A DNA stretch of 64,000 nucleotides from Cladosporium halotolerans (lineage: Eukaryota): NCBI RefSeq assembly GCF_011745625.1, contig NW_027191468.1:124001-188000 (forward strand), written 5' to 3'. The notes under the pieces are model-generated. The model was not told the DNA's origin. It saw only the letters and a program-made list of their open reading frames with translations, and made no database searches. Both the position numbers and the translations under genes were made by a program. Of the stretch, positions 57,545 through 64,000 are shown in pieces. The stretch's first letter is position 1. Each line of letters opens with the position of its first letter.

Positions 57545-58197
57545 TTCGAATTTTGATGGTCTTGAACACAATGTACTTTCACAGTTCGCTAGGTCTTATA
57601 TGTAATATAGCCTGCGTCATTAATGTTGTCTGCTGCACCGGAGTTTCGGTCAAGTCGAGCGTTTAACCCCGATGTGGACATAATCCACCAGCCAAACCCC
57701 GACCACACCTTCGACCTTAACAATGCGTGGAACCGACCGATAGGATGCATTCTGGTTCTCCAGATTAGAGTTTGATTTTGAATGTCTACTGGGGAGGATA
57801 GTACGTCGCTCGTCTTCGTAGAATTCGAAAAGCCGGAAGTTGTGGATCATACCTCTACATCATGGTCCCAACCGCAAAAGAGCCCGGCATGTGTGGGATC
57901 GTTGGAATGATCGATCGAGACGTGCAAAAGAGAGTTCGCGGAAGCATGATAAATTGCATGGTTGGAGATAGGTCTATACTCGAAGGCTTCACTTGCCCCT
58001 CCGATGCAAATGATGCCTGAAGATCCCAAAACACGCTTGAGGAATTGAACCCATGACCTGTTTCCACCTGGAGAATGTGAAGCGGGCCATCGGGGAACGG
58101 GCAGATCACGTGAATTTGCATCACGTGATGTTGTGTGAAGCCGGCAAAATTCTGCTCGATCCTCACTCCAATCGATCTTTGAGGACAACAAAAACAT

Positions 58198-58281
58198 TGG
58201 ACGCTGTGGGAATTGAACCCACGACCATCTCCAAACCCACAGAGGTGCGAAGAAGATATCATACCCCTAGACCAAGCGCCC
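58198..58281 (-). tRNA. tRNA-Ala(CGC) with 12-nt intron
   Basis: GGGCGCT TGGTCTAGGGGTATGATA TCTTC TT CGC A [cctctgtgggtt] T GGAGA TGGTC GTGGG TTCAATT CCCAC AGCGTCC A. It has the G3:U70 alanine identity pair and a T5 terminator at 58190-58194. Confidence 0.93.
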
Positions 58282-59375
58282 TAATGGTGGTGATTCAACA
58301 TACCATTGTTGATTATATTGTCACGCTGGGGTGGAATCAGACCTTGATTAGCCCTCTGGCCCTCAAATCGGACGCAAACGTGAAAGCCAGACGAAATCAA
58401 CCCAGGAAATCGATCCACAAAGTATCCAGCGTTTGTATTCTTTCGATCAGCGGTTTGCTCAAAGATGCTTATTGCCACCAGACGTCACTCTTTCGCGCGG
58501 AATTCACGGAGATGGCAACCTTGCCTTCTTTCCTGCATGGTGCAGGTCCAGCGAACCACAACGAACCGTTTACTGAAGTCCACACGATTCCAAAATGCTA
58601 CACTTTGACAATTTTCACTGATGCATGGGGCTAGATGTTAGACCATTGGCCGTTCGGGTCTGGCTTCAATAGTTTCACGTGTACCGAGGTCCTTCACGAC
58701 GCCCAATGTCTAATAGAGGCGAATACAATGCCTTGCAATCGTGGATAACAAGATGTGTTGTGGATCAATCGGACAAATCTTCGCGGCTGACACGCCCCAA
58801 CAAGCTATGCGCCCTACCGTCATTGAGGTCAGATTCACGAATCAATAATGACAGCGAATGACACATAGATCATGAGACCGGTCATATGAAGATATTAATA
58901 TTAATGTCAACATAACATCTATCACGTCTACGGGTTTTCTCCCAGTCTCGGAAGCCTGCGAATCAGTATGAATGATGTTGGATCCTAACCCAGACCCTAA
59001 CCCTACTTACCCCAACGTCTCAGCGCTGCGGATGCCAGCCATTGGATCCAGACGCCGGAGGTCTATGCGATATCTCTGGAAAAGTGTTCGATTTACATCA
59101 TCTCTACTCTTCGAAGAGAAAATGAACATCAACGTGCTACCTTCTCTCCAAGTTGTCGAACCACAGGTCTCACTCAGAGTTTCTCTCGACACACGTGGTT
59201 GTCTACAAATTCTCGCGTGAGCGGTACGCACCCCTCGAGCTTGTTGACATACTTGAAGTTTTCAGTCCGAATGGCGCATCTTGTTTAACATTACAACAAA
59301 AGCTAGGGTAGTCTACATATGAACGTCTAAAAGCTAGCGAAATTCCAAACTCCAGGCAGTGGTCCTCCTTATCTG

Positions 59376-60782
59376 TCAAGCCCAGCCGCGGCTTCTGCTA
59401 CGACTGCCACCGTGCGTCACATCCTCACCAATGGATTGCCTCTGAGCACGATCCTTTAATCTTCCCAGTCGGTTGCTGCCCGGTACGTTGACGCTATCCG
59501 GAAGCGCATCTCCCAACATAGTGAAGTCGGTGGGGCGGAGCAGCACTTTCGTCGCTTCCAGTCCGTATCTTGTCTTTTGGTACCTGCGAACGCTGAACGG
59601 GAAGACCACGACGAAGATGCAGGAAGCGACAAATATTGGGACTGCAGACCACAAGTACCACACTGGCCTCCACTCGATGTTCTGGATGCCGAAAATTGAA
59701 GCCAGGAAAGACACCGGCAAGAACAGCGTAGCGATGACTGCGAGAAAAGAGCTGTCTTCGCTTTGGTCGGCGTTCTGAATGTTGAATTCGAGGTCGAGGA
59801 GGTTGAGAAAGCGCTCTTTAAGGTTGTCAAGCGAAGAGTCGAACTGATCCAAGTCATCCACGGTGTCCTCGATTTCATTCCAGAGATGATGTTCCTGTCG
59901 GTCTTGGGAAACGCTCTGTCTGAGCTTTGCGAGCTTCCTGAAAGAGCGAGAGTGAAAGCGAAGGTATTCTTGAAGCTCATAGATACGGTCAACCTCGATG
60001 TGCATGGTCCTGGTTCGAAGCTTGACAGGGAAGTAACGCCCGCTGGAATTGATCTCCGCTTCGTCGAGGCGAGCTATCACTTCTCGAATGACGTTCTGCC
60101 AGTTGCTGAGCAACCAGTACAGGCGAGAAAAGATCCAGCATATGCCCTCTGGATCGTCGCGGGGCTGATTGAAATCATCTTCGCCGTATAGCTCCTTGAA
60201 CAAGATGTTGCTGACGATGTGCTCAGGGACGTCGCATGGGCGAGTGAAGATCAAGGTAGTGCTGATCGAGCGATTAAACTTGCAGGCGCCTTTCTCGCAA
60301 AACCAGACCCCTACCCTCAACCGATATTGCTGAATGATCGGTATTCCTCGCCTGTGGTTTTCAGGCGGTTCAAGGCCCACCGACCAGAAGTAGACTTGGG
60401 GCACATTCATTTGATCCATGATGAATGTCCAAGGTACCGATTGACCGCTCTTGGATGCTCTTTCCGGAAACTTTGCAGTCTCAGCGAACTGAAGCTCACG
60501 ACTGACCTCGCTAATGGGCTCCCAGGAGGCGTCGAAGCATGTGCACAGAATGTCCTTCAGCCAAGGCTGGTGGCCGTTTATTGAGACGATGAGTGGATCT
60601 TTCGGGCGCAGGCACGTCTGTTCATCGATGAGGCGCGCGAGCCGGCTGCCATCTTGTGCGCATGTGACTTGGATCTCGCTGGATCCCCGTGGATGCCGGC
60701 GGCTGCCAACGCGGATGGTGATGGGCGTGTCGGTCCCCTCCCAAGTGCGCCGGCGATTACGTCGAGGGCGGTGTTGAGCCAT
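59376..60782 (-). CDS. CorA-like (2-TM C-terminal) divalent cation transporter family protein
   Basis: Long helical stalk, then FLAVIATLFLPVSFLASIFGIQN and a second hydrophobic helix; intronless 468-aa ORF. Confidence 0.78.
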   Translation of the reverse strand: MAQHRPRRNRRRTWEGTDTPITIRVGSRRHPRGSSEIQVTCAQDGSRLARLIDEQTCLRPKDPLIVSINGHQPWLKDILCTCFDASWEPISEVSRELQFAETAKFPERASKSGQSVPWTFIMDQMNVPQVYFWSVGLEPPENHRRGIPIIQQYRLRVGVWFCEKGACKFNRSISTTLIFTRPCDVPEHIVSNILFKELYGEDDFNQPRDDPEGICWIFSRLYWLLSNWQNVIREVIARLDEAEINSSGRYFPVKLRTRTMHIEVDRIYELQEYLRFHSRSFRKLAKLRQSVSQDRQEHHLWNEIEDTVDDLDQFDSSLDNLKERFLNLLDLEFNIQNADQSEDSSFLAVIATLFLPVSFLASIFGIQNIEWRPVWYLWSAVPIFVASCIFVVVFPFSVRRYQKTRYGLEATKVLLRPTDFTMLGDALPDSVNVPGSNRLGRLKDRAQRQSIGEDVTHGGSRSRSRGWA

Positions 60783-61154
60783 TGTACCGAATCACGGACA
60801 GAAGTGTTGCAAGTCCCGAAATCTTTGCCAGGTCGAACCTGTCAAGGTAGGGGCGTAGTTATGCTGCCACGCTGTAACAGGTGAAGTCATGTTAAGCTTA
60901 CCACGTCGTCGATCGCGCCTTCCTTTGTGGAACAACCACACAGCAAAGGCAACCATAACAGTCCGAGCTAGGACTTGAGCTACTTCCTTGAATGCATTCA
61001 TTGAGCACTTGGTACATGGTAGTACTTGCCTGGTGAGAGGAATATGCATTGGTGGCAGACATGCGACTCGAGACGGGGAATGGGACGAAGTAGTAACGTG
61101 TAAAAAGTCGTTCGATATAATAACATGTATCTATGCGTGTATCATGAGCAGCGT

Positions 61155-62981
61155 CTAGTGACCGAATCTCTCCTCGGTAAGACCAACGGCGGCCTTGGCC
61201 CTGTTGTCATCGATGAAGACCTTCTTGAAGCGGAAGGCGCAAAGGTCGGCAGTGGTCTCCTTGATGTTCCTCAAGTTCTCAGCGACGATCTTGCTCGTCG
61301 GCTGCTCGAAGATGAGATCAATCTCCTCAAGAGTCTTGCCCTTGGTCTCAGGCATGAACAGAAGCTGGTAGATCCAACCCAGGAGTGCGATACCTCCGAA
61401 GAAACCCATGCTCAGACCCTGCTTGGTCATGGCCTCTTGCATACCACGGAAGTTGTACGTGATGATGAAGGAGCACAAGAACAGGAATCCAGACGAGGTA
61501 GTCATACCGTAGGAACGCAGGTAGGTCGGGTAAGACTCCGAGGGAACGACCCAAGTGAGGGTGGCGTAGCAACCAAAGAACAGCATGTACATGATCATGC
61601 CTGTGAAGTAGAGACCGAGTCTGGCAGTCTGACGCTCCTCAAATACGGAGAAGTAGGAGACACCGGTGAGCATCAGTCCAACGAAGAATCCAGGCATAGT
61701 AACGGTGGCCCAGAAGCGACGACCACACGACTCCATCAGGAAGGCAGCGGGAATGGTGCCGAGGAAGAGGGAGCCGCCGCCGACGAGGGACATGTAGTTG
61801 GCTTGGATGGGGTCAAAGCCAATTTGGTTCATCAGGGTGCTCATGTAGTACATGATTGCGTTCACGCCTGGTAGAGCTGTTAGCACATAATGAAGGGCAA
61901 ATCTGAGTATTGTGAACATACCGGTGAATTGGCCAAGGAAGATCATGATGTTGGCGTAGATGACGGCACGGCGGGCTCTGGGCTTGGTGAAGAAGTCCAA
62001 CCAAGGCATGCTTCGAGATCCAGAGCCAGCAGCAATCTCTGCGTGTTCTTGCTCCATGCCAACTTTCATGATGAAAAACTCCTCGCGGGCCTCAATGCTT
62101 GAGGTGCCTCTGATGCGCTTCCAGACCTTGAAAGCGTCGAGGACGCGACCTTTGTGCAACAAGTAACGGGGCGACTCAGGCATGTAGAGCATGCCAATGC
62201 CCATGATGGTCGAGAAAAGCAGGGAGCTGCCAAGGATGTAGCGCCAATTGCCCTCTACCCTGATGAAGATTGCAGCCACCACGTAGCCAAGGACTTCACC
62301 GAGGGCAATGTTGACCTGGTAAAGCGACACCAAGTTACCACGGATCTTGCGCTCGACAGTCTCAGCAACGTAAACAGGGACAGTGCCACCCTCGAGACCA
62401 ACACCAGCGCCAAGGATGAGACGGGCGACAACGATCATTGCAAAGTTGATCGAACCAGCGCAAAGGGCGCCTCCAATGGTGTAGAGGATGCAGGAAATCA
62501 GGATAGCCCAGCGGCGACCAAAAAGTTCGTTGCAGGGAGAGATAAGCAGAGCACCACCGATAGCGCCGAGAGGCATGGCTGCGTTGACCAAGCTGTTTTG
62601 ACGTTCATCCAGACCAAGATCGTCAGGAAGGAACAAGTTAGCGCCAGAGATGAGAGACTGGTCGAGACCGGAAAGGAGACCACCCATGGAGGCGAATGTG
62701 ACGAGGAACCAGGTAAAGTATTTGGGATTGGCGAACTCGATGTCGAAAATGCCTTTCTTCGCGCCTTCTCTTTCGACTTCTTGCTCGAGCTCTTTGATCA
62801 ACGCATCTGCTTCCCAACCACCATTTTTGGCAATGTCGATGGCGTCCGCGGTGTTGGTGACGTGAGCTGTGCTGCCTGAGCGCACTGCCATTTGAATATC
62901 CTCGCCATTCTTGACAATGCTGGACCCGCTGTCCTCGATGTTCTCGGTGTGAGCATCGGCCTTGTGGTCGGTCTTCGACAT
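61155..62981 (-). CDS. Sugar porter family MFS transporter, Fsy1/Frt1 fructose:H+ symporter-like (intron 61921-61868)
   Basis: FASMGGLLSGLDQSLISGA, FGRR, RGNLVSLYQ, PESPRYL, GQFTG|VNAIMYY and PETKGKTLEEID motifs. Subfamily assigned from recalled similarity. Confidence 0.9.
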   Translation of the reverse strand: MSKTDHKADAHTENIEDSGSSIVKNGEDIQMAVRSGSTAHVTNTADAIDIAKNGGWEADALIKELEQEVEREGAKKGIFDIEFANPKYFTWFLVTFASMGGLLSGLDQSLISGANLFLPDDLGLDERQNSLVNAAMPLGAIGGALLISPCNELFGRRWAILISCILYTIGGALCAGSINFAMIVVARLILGAGVGLEGGTVPVYVAETVERKIRGNLVSLYQVNIALGEVLGYVVAAIFIRVEGNWRYILGSSLLFSTIMGIGMLYMPESPRYLLHKGRVLDAFKVWKRIRGTSSIEAREEFFIMKVGMEQEHAEIAAGSGSRSMPWLDFFTKPRARRAVIYANIMIFLGQFTGMFTILRFALHYVLTALPGVNAIMYYMSTLMNQIGFDPIQANYMSLVGGGSLFLGTIPAAFLMESCGRRFWATVTMPGFFVGLMLTGVSYFSVFEERQTARLGLYFTGMIMYMLFFGCYATLTWVVPSESYPTYLRSYGMTTSSGFLFLCSFIITYNFRGMQEAMTKQGLSMGFFGGIALLGWIYQLLFMPETKGKTLEEIDLIFEQPTSKIVAENLRNIKETTADLCAFRFKKVFIDDNRAKAAVGLTEERFGH

Positions 62982-63085
62982 GATGGAAGGTTAGGCGCTT
63001 TGGCCAAGATTTAGGAGGTAGGGTAAATGGGCAGATCGGATGAGAGAGCACAGGAAACCTGCCTGACGAGCGCCACCTGCAACTC

Positions 63086-63202
63086 TTTATACCTCGCATC
63101 CGCACACAGTGGGAACAGCGTGACACGCTTCCGGGACCTCCACCGGCACGCTCCACCCTCCGGGTGCTCCAGACGCTCCAGACGCTCCAGCGCGCTCCCC
63201 GC
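63086..63202 (-). promoter_or_regulatory. Sugar-porter promoter: TATA box plus six CreA/Mig1-type SYGGRG sites
   Basis: TATAAA (minus) at 63086-63091; SYGGRG (minus) at 63138, 63151, 63167, 63176, 63185 and 63197. Confidence 0.6.
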
Positions 63203-64000
63203 GGGCAGCATCGTGCGGGATCCCTCGTGTCGTTGCCAAACGTGCCGTCACCCTACCGTGACTGGCCGAACAATAGGCGTCGCGCCACCTGATAGTGGGC
63301 TCCACACCAAGCTTTCGGACCGATTAGAGTGTGGAGCTTGTTTTTGTTAATCTTGCTTAGCGCGTTCTTCGCTCTTCTTAGTGTCTTCCTTGATGTGCCG
63401 CCACGAGCTTGCGGGCTTTCTGGGAGCTTCCTTGATACTGAAGCACTCGTCATCGTGGCCAGCCACAAGCCAGACGCGTCCAGATGACACTCGGCGAGAT
63501 GAATCTAGCTTATGCCCGGCTCATGCGGCAACGTCCATGGACGTCGAAAGAGGCTGATGACATGCCGACGTTTCAACGTGCCGCAAGCGAAGCCGGTGCC
63601 GGGGATCGTTCAGCCCTGCCCACTTCCATTGGGCGACGCGTCTGACGGCCGCGAGAACATCGGCTTCCGGCTTCCATCGCGCGTTCACCAAAGCATCGGA
63701 CATCCAAGCTTTCGCCGCTCCGCTGCCGGACGTCGAGCTACCAACCTCAGTAGCCACTTGCAGAGCCGCCTCCGACGACAGTAATGGTCCATGCACACAC
63801 CTCCATGTGCTCCATTTCCGTTGGGGATGGAGATTCATGGAGAACTCCACAGAATCTGGGCACGGCTGGCTTGTCACGCTTGTGTCTTTAACAAGGGAGG
63901 CTTGGCTGCAGGCTTGTGTCGGGTGTCCACTACGCCACTGAGGCATCGGTCGTCTTGGTGCGTACAAGCAAGACACGGGCAGAGACGGCGCATGGCCGCA

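Noticed and set aside
58984..59013. CCTAACCC/CCCTAACCCTA telomere-like words
   Set aside because: Only two or three interrupted units; too short to call an interstitial telomeric repeat.

Overview
Gene-dense, intron-containing DNA from a filamentous ascomycete. The introns are GT-AG with CTRAC branch sites; a Dothideomycete is my inference from gene style only. I can support 27 protein-coding genes and 3 intron-containing tRNAs (two tandem Asn-GTT, one Ala-CGC). Most genes are housekeeping: LCL3, EGD1, SNX4, HAP3, GIM4, CMC2, RCL1, a glycine-rich RRM protein, IPP1, RTC4-like, MRPL44, NTR2, OST2, TMEM14, CLIP-170/ClipA and ARO8. The accessory genes are three Zn2Cys6 transcription factors, an MFS efflux pump, a P450, two SDRs, a CorA-like protein and an Fsy1/Frt1-like sugar porter. 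No transposon or cas gene is visible. The most unusual observations are: (1) EGD1 only reads in frame if a single-nucleotide exon (G at 9429) is spliced in; (2) a non-coding array of nine palindromic ~30-bp repeats with variable spacers lies at 29.46-30.11 kb; (3) about 1-kb domains in which the sequence flips from C-rich to G-rich recur along the window; (4) the tRNA-Asn pair has no terminator between the genes and its intron hairpins differ by a compensatory change; (5) six CreA-type sites are packed into 65 bp upstream of the sugar porter. Exon boundaries were read by eye and family names come from motif recognition, not database searches.
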